NCBI GenBank assembly: GCA_965198945.1 | Contig: CBDAQI010000012.1 | Span: forward strand, 1 to 64,000 | Length of the DNA stretch: 64,000 nucleotides | From: Thermodesulfobacteriota bacterium | Lineage (GTDB): Bacteria > Desulfobacterota_D > UBA1144 > Nemesobacterales > Mycalebacteriaceae | Direction of reading: 5' to 3' | Part shown: in pieces, positions 9,364 to 19,839 of the stretch | Layout of the letters: the number at the start of each line of letters is the position of its first letter | How positions within the stretch are numbered: position 1 is the first letter of the stretch | Notes under the pieces: generated by a model | Databases searched by the model: none | What the model saw: only the letters and a program-made list of their open reading frames with translations | What the model was told of the DNA's origin: nothing | Position numbers and translations under genes: made by a program

Positions 9364-9386
9364 CGTCAAAAAAAGAGTTTTTCCAA

Positions 9387-11528
9387 ATGAGCGACAGAGT
9401 TCAGCTTTTTTCTCTCGGTTTTCTCACTCTTTTTCTTGAGCTTGTTTTTATCCGCTTCATGGCGGGCAATGTCTGGAACCTCGGATATTTTCCCAATCTT
9501 GTTCTCATATCGGCTTTTATAGGTCTTGGCGCGGGGTTTATTTCCCATTCTCTTTTCAGCCAGAAAATAAGCGGTTTTCTTTTCTCCCTCACGGCTCCGA
9601 CGGTCGCGCTGTTTGTTTTTCTTATCTGCCTCATAAGTCCGGCGGTTCCGGGGTTTGGTGGAACAGGCGGAAGTTTTGAAGGGGAGATTTTTTTCACCGC
9701 CGCAAAACCGGACGAATCTTCGGCAAATCTTTTTCTTTTCCCGTTCTGGTTTGTTTTTCTGACTGCACTTTTTTTCCTGATTGCCCAGAGAACGGCGAAA
9801 GTTTTTATGAAAATGAAACCCCTTACCGCCTATTCTTTTGATATTCTAGGCTCATGCTTCGGAATCGTGGCGTTTCTTTGTATAAGTTTCCTTGAAATTC
9901 CCGCGGGCGTGTGGTTTTTGCTGTGTATTCCGGTTTTCCTCATTGCAAAGGCTCCTTCAACTTCGCTCGCGGGGAAAACGGCGGCTGTGATAATTATCAT
10001 CTCAATGCTTTCCGCTTCCGTTACCACTTTCTATCAGGACAGGCGGCACGGAGAGCGCACCGTCATCTCCGTATGGTCTCCTTATCAGAAAGTTGACTTC
10101 AAACAGCCCGGTAAAGTTCTGGTCAACAACATTGATCATCAGACAATTTCCAAAAGCCCTGAAATGATGTATTTGTATTCCCTCGCACAACGTGTGCGTG
10201 CAAGAATGTCTGCGGAGCCATATGAAAGGGTTCTGGTAATAGGAGCGGGAACGGGCAATGATGTTGTCGCCGCACTGGCTTTGGGAGCCTCGGAGGTGAC
10301 GGCGGTTGAGATAGACCCCGCAATTGCCCGCCTCGCTGAATTCAGGACTGTTAATCCCTATTCTTTGCCCGGAGTTGATCTCGTTATTGATGACGGCAGA
10401 CACTTTATGACCGCGACTGAAAGAAAATACGATCTTGTGATTTTCGCTCTTACCGACTCTCTGATAAAGCTGAGTTCTCTGTCTCAAATCCGTCTTGAAA
10501 GCTATCTTTTCACTGAAGAGTCTTTCAGCCGTGCATGGTCTCTGCTTGATGAAGGCGAAACTCTCATGGCCGTCAATTTTTACAGAGAGCCGTGGATCCC
10601 CTGGAAAATAGGGAAAATGATGAGTGAGGTGTCGGGAACCGAACCTGTTCTGTATTTTGCCACTCAGGCTCAGGGATAATTGAATTTTTCCAGAGAAGCA
10701 ATGATTCTCGCGGATAAAAACCCGGGCGGCGCTTCCTGCGTTGCGATTGACAGCCGCCTGCCGTGCGTGGACTTAGCCTCGTTTGAGTCGGAAATCTCCG
10801 GTGCGGACAAACTTCCGCTGCCAACCGATGACTGGCCTTTTCTTTATATGAAAGAAAAGCGCATACCGAAGCCCTACATTTACGCGATGCTTTTTATACT
10901 TGTGTTCTCAGGCCTGCTGCTCGGTCTGCTAAAAGCTGTTAAGGGACGCTTTCCTCCCTGGGCGCCGAATCTGCCGTCTCCGTGCGCTTCGGTCTCCGCA
11001 GTTTTCCTGCTGATGGGCATAGCTTTTCTGCTTCTTCAGACAAAAAGCATAATTCAGTTCAGTCTGCTATTCGGAAACACATGGATCAACAGTTCGCTTG
11101 TGTTTCTCGCTGTGCTTATTCTGGTTCTGGCCGCGAACTGGGTGGCGGCGGTTATAAAGTCTGACAAACTTGTTCCCACGGCGTTTTTTCTGCTGCTTTG
11201 CTCATGCCTGCCCGCTATTTTCATACCCACTTACAAACTTCTTGTGGTGGATAGCACATCGGTAAGTTTTGTGCTCGCATCTCTTATGACTTTCCTGCGC
11301 GTCTTTTTTGCCAATATGGTTTTCAGTTCAATCTTCCGCAGACGGAAAGCCCACGAGATCTATTTCGGCTGGAATCTGATTGGCGCCGTCGGCGGAGGTG
11401 TGCTTGAATACACAAGCGTTCTCATCGGCTATCAGTCACTCGCGCTGGTGGTTCTTATTCTCTATCTGGCAGTGTTTGCCATTTACTATCTTCAAATCTC
11501 TCCGCGTGCTATTACAGAGAGTCAATAA
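9387..11528 (+). CDS. polytopic membrane protein with central SAM-binding (spermidine synthase-like) domain, interrupted by an in-frame TAA at 10677-10679
   Basis: About 7 N-terminal TM helices, WSPYQKV, VLVIGAGTGNDV, EIDP and DDGR motifs. ORF 10680-11528 continues in the same frame with PTDDWPFLY and further TM helices. Confidence 0.8.
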
Positions 11529-12348
11529 CCGCTTTTTCTTTTATAAGCCCTTTTTCAACAGCTTTTTCGTAAAGTTTTTCAATTGCGGCTTTTCCCCGCC
11601 GTCCCATGTCGCGGGTGTATTCGTTCACATACATCAGAACAAATTTTTCCGCATGTTCCCTTTTTATTCCGCGTGAGAATTTCATTGCGTATTCAAGGGC
11701 TTCATCTTTGTTTGAAAGAGCGTATTCTATGCTTTCGCGGTGCAGCCTCAGAGCTTCAGAGGCGAGTTCCGGGGCAACGTCTCTTCTTATTAAATTAAGA
11801 CCCAGAGGAAGCGGAAGGGAAGTTTCTTCTTCCCACAAAACGCCTATGTCAAAAACCTCATAAAGTCCCTCGTCCCGATATGTAACCTGCCCCTCATGGA
11901 TGATCAGAGCGCAGTCGGTTTCGCCGGATTTTACCGAGTCCGTCACTTTGTCAAAAGGCATTTCAACGGGAGTGAACCCGTCCGCATAAAGGCGCAGAAG
12001 CAAATATGCGGTGGTCAGTTTGCCGGGCACGGCGACTGTTTTTCCTTCAAGGGAGTCGGTAGGTGAGAGTGAAACAACAACGGGTCCGTAGCCCATTCCC
12101 ATGCTCGCCCCGCATGACATCACGCGGTAACTCTCATTAACATTAAGATAGTTCCGGGCGGATATGGCCGTGAGTTCCAGTTCGCTCCGCAGAGCCCTTT
12201 TGTTGAGCGACTGTATGTCTTCAATTACATGGACAAAATCAATTTTTTCCGAGGAAACTTTCCCGGCGGCAATGGCGTAAAACATAAAGGCGTCATCAGC
12301 GTCGGGGCTGTGTCCGAGCCGCATTGAATTTTTTTTCTTTTCAGTCAT
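11512..12348 (-). CDS. mqnD: 1,4-dihydroxy-6-naphthoate synthase (futalosine menaquinone pathway)
   Basis: GHSPDADDAFMFYA, IIHEGQ, LPLPLG and MYVN motifs. Confidence 0.92.
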   Translation of the reverse strand: MTEKKKNSMRLGHSPDADDAFMFYAIAAGKVSSEKIDFVHVIEDIQSLNKRALRSELELTAISARNYLNVNESYRVMSCGASMGMGYGPVVVSLSPTDSLEGKTVAVPGKLTTAYLLLRLYADGFTPVEMPFDKVTDSVKSGETDCALIIHEGQVTYRDEGLYEVFDIGVLWEEETSLPLPLGLNLIRRDVAPELASEALRLHRESIEYALSNKDEALEYAMKFSRGIKREHAEKFVLMYVNEYTRDMGRRGKAAIEKLYEKAVEKGLIKEKAVIDSL

Positions 12349-13171
12349 TGGATTCTTCTTTATAGGAGTGAAAGTTAATCACGGGGCTGTCATCCCTTTT
12401 TTTAAGATGTGAAATGAGACGCCCGAATTCAAGCAGCCCGCGCTTTTCCTCAAGTCCCAGTTCATATTTTATCCTGTTCTCAAGATAGTCTCCGCACATT
12501 TCCGCGCTGAGACCGAGCACGGCGCTTCCGGTTTTTGAGATCTCCCGCAACATTTGTATTCCGCGCTTTTTTGAAAGAAGCAGCGCTTCAAACGCCGCGT
12601 CGGCCGCGAATCCGGGACGAGCCGCGAAAACTGCGTAAACAAAAGGCAGTCCCGTTTTGTCAGACCATACCTCGCCCATATCAAAGCGGAAGGGTAAATC
12701 CTCCGGAGGGGATGCGCAAAGCTCAAGCCCCGCGTTGCCAATGACAAGCCCCGCGTCAACCCCGCGGAAAAAGTCTTTTCCGTATTTGCGTTTTTCATAA
12801 ACGGGGCGGGCGCCGTTGAAAATTTCAAGCACGGTTTTCAGCATCATGGCAGAGCTTGAAGATGCCGAATCCACCGCCACAGTCCGTATCTCCGCCATCG
12901 GTCTGCCGGAAAAAACAACCACACTGCCCACTTTGCCGGATGATGATATGCAGACACCGTTCAGCACCTGAAATTCCGGATTTTCAAAAATGTCCGCCGC
13001 GGGCAGAAGCGAGATGTCAAGGTCGCCCTTCACCATAAGCGGACTGAGAGAGGAGGGGGGCAGTTCGGAAAGTTCAAAAATATGCGACCCGGTTTCCCGC
13101 TCAAGCGCCGCTATGAGCGGCTTTGTGTTTAAGAAAGGCGGAACTCCTATTCTGACCAAGTTTTTTGGCAA
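12341..13171 (-). CDS. mqnA: chorismate dehydratase (futalosine pathway)
   Basis: FLNTKPL, GKVGSV, LVIGN and DMGEVW...TGLPFVYAV motifs; adjacent to mqnD. Confidence 0.88.
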   Translation of the reverse strand: MPKNLVRIGVPPFLNTKPLIAALERETGSHIFELSELPPSSLSPLMVKGDLDISLLPAADIFENPEFQVLNGVCISSSGKVGSVVVFSGRPMAEIRTVAVDSASSSSAMMLKTVLEIFNGARPVYEKRKYGKDFFRGVDAGLVIGNAGLELCASPPEDLPFRFDMGEVWSDKTGLPFVYAVFAARPGFAADAAFEALLLSKKRGIQMLREISKTGSAVLGLSAEMCGDYLENRIKYELGLEEKRGLLEFGRLISHLKKRDDSPVINFHSYKEESND

Positions 13172-13206
13172 GCTGTTTCTCCTTTTTCAACCCAGGTTGG
13201 GAAATA

Positions 13207-14268
13207 TCAAATTCCCACGCTGTCCCGCCATTTTGAGGGGACAAATATTTTACTGAAAACCGAAACGGCGTAGGAGTCGGTCATGCCGGCGACAAAGTCG
13301 CAGACGGCCCTTTCATGTGAATCTTCGGGGCTCGCCGGTTTTATTCCCCACTTTGACGCCTCCCGTCTGTTTTCGCGGAAATATCCGTAGAGCGTTTTTA
13401 TCATATTGCCCGCTCTTTCGGCTTCAAGCCTGACTTTTTCAACTAAATAGACCTCATTGAAAAGATACTCCCTGATTCCCACCATCGCCTCTTCAAATTC
13501 GGGACTGATTGAGACCGCCGAATATTTTTCAAGTGTTGTCTGCAAAACGATGTCGCGCACCATTCTGTTAAGTCTTTCCGAGCAGTTTCTACCGAGAACC
13601 CGGACGCATTTCCCCGGCAGGTCTCTCTCGGATATGATGCCCGACCGTATTGCATCATCTATGTCGTGATTCGCATATGCGATTAAATCAGAAACCCTCA
13701 CTACCTGTCCTTCAAGGGTCTGCGGAGAGTTGCTTCCGCCGTCTATGGGCCCGCGCCCCTTTGAGTGTTTCGCTATTCCGTCCAGCACTTCACGGGTCAG
13801 ATTCAACCCCTTCCCGCCGTTTTCAAGGCGCTCAACAACCCTGACACTGTGTTTTACATGAGAAAATCCCTCCGGAAAAACATCGTCCAGACCCCTTTCA
13901 CCCGCGTGTCCGAAGGGTGTGTGCCCAAGATCATGCCCCATCGCTATGGCTTCGGTCAGGTCTTCATTAAGAGAAAGAGCCCTTGCGATTGTGCGCGCGA
14001 TTTGAGCAACTTCTATGACATGGGTCAGCCGTGTTCTGTAATGATCGTTGGTAGGTGATAAAAACACCTGGGTTTTATGTTTCATCCTGCGAAACGATTT
14101 GGAGTGAATGATCCGGTCTCTGTCACGTTGGAAGGGGGTTCTGATTGAGCATTCTTTCTCTCCGGTTTTTCTCCCCTTTGATTCGGAACTGAAAACCGCA
14201 AAAGGGGAGAGAAAAAGTTTTTCTTTCTCCTGAAAACTTTCTCTGATTGTTTTTCCTTTTTCCGTCAT
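13207..14268 (-). CDS. dgt: deoxyguanosinetriphosphate triphosphohydrolase-like HD protein
   Basis: [30 protein letters not shown] and [13 protein letters not shown] motifs. Confidence 0.93.
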   Translation of the reverse strand: MTEKGKTIRESFQEKEKLFLSPFAVFSSESKGRKTGEKECSIRTPFQRDRDRIIHSKSFRRMKHKTQVFLSPTNDHYRTRLTHVIEVAQIARTIARALSLNEDLTEAIAMGHDLGHTPFGHAGERGLDDVFPEGFSHVKHSVRVVERLENGGKGLNLTREVLDGIAKHSKGRGPIDGGSNSPQTLEGQVVRVSDLIAYANHDIDDAIRSGIISERDLPGKCVRVLGRNCSERLNRMVRDIVLQTTLEKYSAVSISPEFEEAMVGIREYLFNEVYLVEKVRLEAERAGNMIKTLYGYFRENRREASKWGIKPASPEDSHERAVCDFVAGMTDSYAVSVFSKIFVPSKWRDSVGI

Positions 14269-15020
14269 GTTCTCACCGCCACTCCCCTGGAAGCAAGGTA
14301 GCGTTTTGTTTCCATTATGCCCAAATCTCCGTAGTGAAAAACCGAAGCCGCCAGCAGAGCGTCCGCCCCTCCGCTTTGCGCCCCTTCAAAGAAATGCTCC
14401 CGGGTTCCGACTCCGCCCGACGCTATAACGGGTATCGTCACACTTTGTGATACGGCTTTTGTAAGTTCAATGTCGTAACCGTCCCGCGTGCCGTCTCTGT
14501 CCATGCTTGTGAGCAGAATCTCTCCCGCGCCCATTTCTTCCATCCGCCGCGCCCACTTTACCGCGTCAACCCCAGCCGGATTTCTTCCCCCGTGCGTGTA
14601 GACCTCCCATGAAGCGCCGCTTCGCCGCGCGTCAATCGCGACCACAACGCACTGGCTTCCGAATTTTTGCGCCGACTCGGTGACAACAGGGGGATTTTTT
14701 ACCGCCGCGGTGTTTATTACAACCTTGTCCGCCCCGGCGAGAAGAAGAGTCCGCACGTCTTCGGGCGTTGAAATTCCCCCTCCCACCGAAAGCGGCACAA
14801 AAACCTCCGAGGCGGTTCTTTCTACTACATCAACGATGGTTTTTCTGCCTTCATGCGAAGCCGTTATGTCAAGAAACGCGATTTCATCCGCCCCCTCACT
14901 TGAATACCGCGCCGCGCACTCGGCGGGGTCGCCCGCGTCTTTCAGACCCACAAATTTCACCCCCTTCACCACTCTGCCGTCTTTGACATCAAGGCACGGA
15001 ATAATACGTTTTGCGACCAA
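14265..15020 (-). CDS. hisF: imidazole glycerol phosphate synthase cyclase subunit
   Basis: [18 protein letters not shown] and [15 protein letters not shown] motifs. Confidence 0.97.
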   Translation of the reverse strand: MVAKRIIPCLDVKDGRVVKGVKFVGLKDAGDPAECAARYSSEGADEIAFLDITASHEGRKTIVDVVERTASEVFVPLSVGGGISTPEDVRTLLLAGADKVVINTAAVKNPPVVTESAQKFGSQCVVVAIDARRSGASWEVYTHGGRNPAGVDAVKWARRMEEMGAGEILLTSMDRDGTRDGYDIELTKAVSQSVTIPVIASGGVGTREHFFEGAQSGGADALLAASVFHYGDLGIMETKRYLASRGVAVRT

Positions 15021-15022
15021 TT

Positions 15023-15745
15023 TCAGGCAAACCTCTTTATGGCGGTTTCAAGGTTGATTTTGCCCGAATAAACCGCTCTGCCGACAATTACTCCACTGAG
15101 ACCCGATTTCTGAAATGGCAGCAGTTTCTCAATATCTTCGTAACACGAAACTCCTCCCGAAGCGACAACGGGAACGCAGCATATAGTGAGGAAATCATCA
15201 AGACTCTCAATATCAATCCCTTTCATCGTCCCGTCTCTGTCAATGTCGGTCCGGATTATATGACTCACACCGCACTCTTCAAGTTCTGAGGCCGCCCGCA
15301 GCGCCGACACACCGGAATCTTCCTTCCACCCCTTAACGGCAACCATATCTCCGCGTGTGTCCAGAGCCGCGGCAATCTGCCCCGGAAATTCACCGCAGGC
15401 TTTTTTGAGAAAATCCGGCCGTTCAAGCGCCGCGGTGCCTATAATCACCGTTTGCACCCCGAGCGAGAAATACATTTTAACCGTGTCAATGCTTCTTATT
15501 CCGCCTCCCACTTGAACTGGGCAGGATACCGCTCCGGTTATTTTCGCTATGAGTTCGCGGTTTGCGGGTTGCCCGGCAAAAGCTCCGTCCAAATCAACAA
15601 CGTGTATCAGCCCCGCTCCGCATTTTTCCCACTCCCGCGCCACTGAAACGGGGCTGTCGGAAAAAACGGTTTCCGTTCCCTCTTCCCCCCTGACAAGCCG
15701 GACGCATTTTCCTTCCTTAATGTCTATGGCCGGAATTATTTTCAT
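15023..15745 (-). CDS. hisA: ProFAR isomerase
   Basis: [30 protein letters not shown] and TDIDRDG motifs. Confidence 0.96.
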   Translation of the reverse strand: MKIIPAIDIKEGKCVRLVRGEEGTETVFSDSPVSVAREWEKCGAGLIHVVDLDGAFAGQPANRELIAKITGAVSCPVQVGGGIRSIDTVKMYFSLGVQTVIIGTAALERPDFLKKACGEFPGQIAAALDTRGDMVAVKGWKEDSGVSALRAASELEECGVSHIIRTDIDRDGTMKGIDIESLDDFLTICCVPVVASGGVSCYEDIEKLLPFQKSGLSGVIVGRAVYSGKINLETAIKRFA

Positions 15746-15845
15746 AACAGAGGCTTAATATACACTCAAAAAAGCGGCGGGCGGGAGTGTATAATTTTCC
15801 TTTCAGCCTTCAAACCCTTTGCCCCAGCGGATATAGTTTGAGTGA

Positions 15846-16262
15846 ATGAATTACTGGCTGGTCAAGTCCGAACCCTTCAAGTATTCCTGGGAAGATTTTG
15901 TGCGTGACGGACGGACATACTGGGACGGAGTCCGGAACTATCAGGCGAGGAACAACCTTGCGGCGATGAGGGAAGGAGACCTCGCACTCTTTTATCACAG
16001 TAACGAGGGGCTTGAAATAGTAGGGGTGGCAAAAGTGGTGAGGGAGAGTTATCAGGATCCCACAACCGATGATGAACGCTGGGTTGTTGTTGATTTTGAG
16101 CCGGATTCAGTTTTTGAGCGCCCGGTCGGGCTCAAAGATATTAAAGCCGACCCGCTTTTGGAAGATATGCATATTGTTAAACAGAGCAGACTTTCAGTAA
16201 CGCCGGTTTTGAAAAAACATTTTGACCTTCTGATGAAAAAGGGGAAGAAAAAACCTCTGTAA
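15846..16262 (+). CDS. EVE domain protein (PUA-like)
   Basis: YWLVKSEP, WDGVRNYQARN, FYHSN and RLSVTPV motifs. Confidence 0.93.
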   Translation: MNYWLVKSEPFKYSWEDFVRDGRTYWDGVRNYQARNNLAAMREGDLALFYHSNEGLEIVGVAKVVRESYQDPTTDDERWVVVDFEPDSVFERPVGLKDIKADPLLEDMHIVKQSRLSVTPVLKKHFDLLMKKGKKKPL

Positions 16263-17233
16263 TGGCCCTGTCAAAAAACACCGATAAACTCGTAAAAGAT
16301 ATGCTGCATGGCGACAGAGGGGCGCTTGCCCGTCTGATAAGTCTTGCCGAAGGCGGAAAAATTAGCACCGCCGGTCTTCTCGGCGGCCCCGGCAAAAAAG
16401 TCGGCGTCCCCGTGGTTGTGGGAATAACGGGGCCTCCGGGGGCGGGTAAAAGCACCCTTACCGATAAACTTGTGAAAGAGTTCCGCTCAAACGGGTTGAA
16501 AGTCGGTGTCATAGCAATAGACCCCTCAAGCCCCTTTACGGGCGGCGCCCTGCTCGGAGACCGTGTGCGCATGGGCGACCACTCGGATGACGAAGGGGTT
16601 TTCATCAGAAGCCTCGGCTCACGCGGCTCTCTCGGCGGCCTTTCAAGTGCAACGGCGGACATAATCAAACTCATGGGCGCTTTCGGAGCGGGCTGTGTGA
16701 TTGTTGAAACCGTTGGTGTGGGGCAGAGCGAGCTGGACATTGTCTCAGTGGCGGACACGGTGGTTGTGGTTCTTGTTCCCGAATCGGGTGATTCAATACA
16801 GACCATGAAGGCGGGAATAATGGAAATAGGGGATGTTTTTGTTGTAAACAAGGCGGACAGGAAAAACTCTGAAGCGCTTGCCGCAGAGCTTCGCAGCACT
16901 CTTTCCATCAGAGCCGCAAGGGGAGAGGGTTGGCGGAGCCCGGTTCTTCTGACCGAAGCAGTTTGCGGCAAAGGAGTGAGAGAGCTTGTCTCCGAGATTG
17001 AAAAACACGGGGATTTTCTGAGAACAAAAGGCATCTTGAAGCGTAAAAGGCTGGAAAGAACAAAAAAAGACCTTATGGGCGAGGTAAACCGCATACTTAT
17101 TTCTCTTGCCGAAGATGCCGCGGAAAACCGGGACGGCGCGGAGATTGTTTCCGCTGTTCTCAAGGGTGGTATGGACATACCGGACGGAGCGAAAAAAATC
17201 GCCGCTCTTGTCACAAAAAAGAGCGGCGGATGA
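16262..17233 (+). CDS. meaB: methylmalonyl-CoA mutase-associated GTPase
   Basis: GITGPPGAGKST, DPSSPFTGGALLGDRVRM, ETVGVGQSE and NKAD motifs. Confidence 0.93.
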   Translation: MALSKNTDKLVKDMLHGDRGALARLISLAEGGKISTAGLLGGPGKKVGVPVVVGITGPPGAGKSTLTDKLVKEFRSNGLKVGVIAIDPSSPFTGGALLGDRVRMGDHSDDEGVFIRSLGSRGSLGGLSSATADIIKLMGAFGAGCVIVETVGVGQSELDIVSVADTVVVVLVPESGDSIQTMKAGIMEIGDVFVVNKADRKNSEALAAELRSTLSIRAARGEGWRSPVLLTEAVCGKGVRELVSEIEKHGDFLRTKGILKRKRLERTKKDLMGEVNRILISLAEDAAENRDGAEIVSAVLKGGMDIPDGAKKIAALVTKKSGG

Positions 17234-18666
17234 AAAAACAGATACTGATAAGCCGGACTTACGGGGAAATCCGCATAGCGGTCAGAGAAGACGGCGCCCT
17301 TGCCGAACTGCAGATGGAGCGGAATTCAAGTTCGCGCATATCGGGCAATGTCTACAAAGCGAAGGTTCTAAATGTGATTCCGGGAATCAAGGCGTCTTTT
17401 GTTGACATAGGGATGGAAAAAGCGGGCATTCTCTCATGGAAAGACATACATGCAGAAGACAGAGAAGCTTCCTCGGGCGGCACATCAATCCCCGTTTCAC
17501 AGGGGCAGGACATAATAGTGCAGGCGGTTAAAGAACCCGTGTCCGGCAAGGGGCCCAGAATGAAAGCGCGCATATCTCTTGTAGGCAAGTATGTGATTCT
17601 CTCAACTGATTCGGACAAAACCCGGCTGTCAAAAAAAATCACTCGCGGAACCGAGAGACGCAGCGTAGGCAAAGCCCTTGAAAAACTGCGTCCGCAAAAC
17701 ATGGGGCTGATTGCGCGCGCGGCATCAACTGAGAAAGACACCGTTCTGATTGAAAGAGAGGTGGACGCACTTAAAAGAGTCTGGGAAAATATAGTCCAGA
17801 TGTCGCGGATAATGCCGTCTCCCGCGCTTCTTTACAAAGAGCCACCCACCTATCTCAGCGCCGTTAGGGATTTTGTTTCCCCCAATGACGAAATAATCGC
17901 GGACGACTGGGACATACTGCTTGAAATAAACCGCTATATTGACAAAAACTTTCCCGGCGCGCCCGTGTCAATGGGATACCATTACTCCGATGTTCCGCTT
18001 TTCAGGGAATTTGGAGTGGAACAGGAAATAGAGAGTCTTTACAAAAGAAAAATCAACCTCAAATCAGGCGGTGATCTGATTATAGAGGAAGCCGAAGGCC
18101 TGACCGTGATTGATGTTAACACCGGGGCGGGAACGGGCAGGGGCGGCGGAACACTGCTCAGAACAAATCTTGAGGCCGCGGCTGAGTCTGCGCGGCAGAT
18201 AAGGCTCAGGAATCTGGTCGGTATTATCGTCATAGATTTCATAGACATGGCTCCCGGTGAGATGAAAAAAATTTGCAAGTCTTTTGAAGATGAAATGAAA
18301 AAAGACAGAACGAGCCACACGATTTCCGATATTTCCGAGTTCTGCGTTCTGCATCTTACGCGCAGAAGGGCGAGAGAGAGTGTGGCGACAACCTTTTCCG
18401 AGCAGTGTGAAGCGTGTGACGGTCTTGGGTTTGTCAAATCAAAAGAAACGGTATGTTACGAAATAATCAGGCAAATAGAAAAGCACAGCCTCCTCGCAAG
18501 AGGCGGAGAAATTGTTGTTGAGGCGCACAAAGACGTAATAGATACAATAAAGTCTGTTGAGCCGGGGTTGTTTGAAAAATTTGAGCGCAGAGGTATAAAC
18601 ATCACTTGTAAAGAAACCGGAGATGACGCCGGCAAATTCTCGGTAAGGGGGGAATGGAAAAATTGA
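17230..18666 (+). CDS. rng: ribonuclease G (Rne/Rng family)
   Basis: GNVYKAKV S1 domain, VIDVNTG, QIRLRNLVGIIVIDFIDM and CEACDG zinc link. No long RNase E tail. Confidence 0.9.
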   Translation: MKKQILISRTYGEIRIAVREDGALAELQMERNSSSRISGNVYKAKVLNVIPGIKASFVDIGMEKAGILSWKDIHAEDREASSGGTSIPVSQGQDIIVQAVKEPVSGKGPRMKARISLVGKYVILSTDSDKTRLSKKITRGTERRSVGKALEKLRPQNMGLIARAASTEKDTVLIEREVDALKRVWENIVQMSRIMPSPALLYKEPPTYLSAVRDFVSPNDEIIADDWDILLEINRYIDKNFPGAPVSMGYHYSDVPLFREFGVEQEIESLYKRKINLKSGGDLIIEEAEGLTVIDVNTGAGTGRGGGTLLRTNLEAAAESARQIRLRNLVGIIVIDFIDMAPGEMKKICKSFEDEMKKDRTSHTISDISEFCVLHLTRRRARESVATTFSEQCEACDGLGFVKSKETVCYEIIRQIEKHSLLARGGEIVVEAHKDVIDTIKSVEPGLFEKFERRGINITCKETGDDAGKFSVRGEWKN

Positions 18667-19079
18667 CCGACAGAAGACTTGAGAAGGGGATGTTTGTTGA
18701 GGAGGAAGTTCCGACGGATGCCTCAATGGCGGCGGACAGATTTCATGAGAAATCGCCGAGGGTTTTGTCAACACCGTCTCTTATAGGGATTATGCAGAGC
18801 GCATGCGCTGATGTTATGGCGCCTTTTCTCAATCCGGATGAGATGGTTGTAAGCATTAAAATAGAGATGAGCCATTTCGGAGCCGTTCCGGCGGGAACAC
18901 CCGTGATTTTGAAAACAAGCGTTGCAGAGGTAACCGATCGTCAGGTTGTTTTCAGTGTTGAGGCCTTTGACGGGAACCATACAATCGCCTCGGGCAGAAA
19001 TCATATGTTCATAATTGACAGGGAAAGATTTGAAAAAGGCATAGAAAGATACAGTGCGGCAACGGAGAAAGTTCAATGA
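18654..19079 (+). CDS. hotdog-fold thioesterase, FlK (fluoroacetyl-CoA thioesterase)-like
   Basis: VLSTPSLIGIMQSAC, IEMSH and GRNHMFII match the FlK pattern (TP..E..H), with Gln at the Glu position. Confidence 0.75.
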   Translation: MEKLTDRRLEKGMFVEEEVPTDASMAADRFHEKSPRVLSTPSLIGIMQSACADVMAPFLNPDEMVVSIKIEMSHFGAVPAGTPVILKTSVAEVTDRQVVFSVEAFDGNHTIASGRNHMFIIDRERFEKGIERYSAATEKVQ

Positions 19080-19501
19080 AATCAAATGAGCGGGGAAGTC
19101 TTTACCACATCGCAATCGCGGTGAAAAACCTTGAGAGATCGGAAAAGCTTTATGAAGATGTTATGGGTCTGAAGGTGACTCACAGGGAGGAGGTTGCTGA
19201 GCAGCGCGTAAAAGCTTCAATGCTTCAGCCCCGCAGCGGAGAGGGAACCGCGATTGAGCTTCTTGAGCCCACCGGTGAGGATTCTCCGATACACAAATTT
19301 CTTGAGACCAGGGGAGAGGGAATTCATCACATTTGTTTTTTCGTGGATGATATAGAGAAATCACTTGAGAAGCTGAAAAGCCAGGGAGTGCGTCTTATAG
19401 ACGAAGTTCCGAGGGTGGGGGCTTATAACTCAAAAGTTGCTTTTGTTCATCCCAAAGCTATGAACGGGGTTCTTGTGGAACTTGCGGAAATGCCCGAATA
19501 G
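19076..19501 (+). CDS. mce: methylmalonyl-CoA epimerase (VOC family)
   Basis: HIAIAV, IELLEP, GEGIHHIC and FVHPK..NGVLVEL motifs. Confidence 0.92.
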   Translation: MKSNERGSLYHIAIAVKNLERSEKLYEDVMGLKVTHREEVAEQRVKASMLQPRSGEGTAIELLEPTGEDSPIHKFLETRGEGIHHICFFVDDIEKSLEKLKSQGVRLIDEVPRVGAYNSKVAFVHPKAMNGVLVELAEMPE

Positions 19502-19514
19502 GTCTTGCGGGAGT

Positions 19515-19721
19515 TCAGCTTTTCGGGGTGCGGAACTCAGAACCGTCCGAGTCGCTTTCTTTTCCGCCTCCGCCGGAGGATTCATCACCGTCAAGTGAAC
19601 TGCGGAAATTTCTGATTCCCTTTCCGAGCGAAGAGCCGATTGAACCCAGCCTGCCCGGCCCGAAAACCAGCAGTGCTATTACAAGAACAATTACAAGTTC
19701 GGTTATGCCTATTGAGCCCAT
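19515..19721 (-). CDS. tatA: twin-arginine translocase TatA/E
   Basis: IGITELVIVLVIALLVFG followed by amphipathic helix LGKGIRNFR. Confidence 0.92.
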   Translation of the reverse strand: MGSIGITELVIVLVIALLVFGPGRLGSIGSSLGKGIRNFRSSLDGDESSGGGGKESDSDGSEFRTPKS

Positions 19722-19839
19722 GATTCCAATACGCTACAGAAATTGTGAGGTTTTTTCAATGAGGGTTTGCAGAAATCTCAAAGCGGCACAAAAAACCGCC
19801 TGCGCCGGATTGTATTTTTGCTCACTGCCGTTTTAGTGT

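Noticed and set aside
8868..9386. ORF 8868-9164 and the 5' extension of ORF 9273
   Set aside because: Both overlap the RNase P RNA gene and are spurious translations.
6575..10679. Stop-codon reassignment suggested by in-frame TAG (pilin) and TAA (membrane SAM enzyme)
   Set aside because: TAG, TAA and TGA all end conserved genes normally in this window, and the two cases involve different codons.
16177..17214. Long antisense ORFs (345 aa opposite meaB, 327 aa opposite secD, 286 aa opposite pgi, and others)
   Set aside because: They are shadow frames of well-conserved genes, Ser/Pro/Arg-rich and without motifs.
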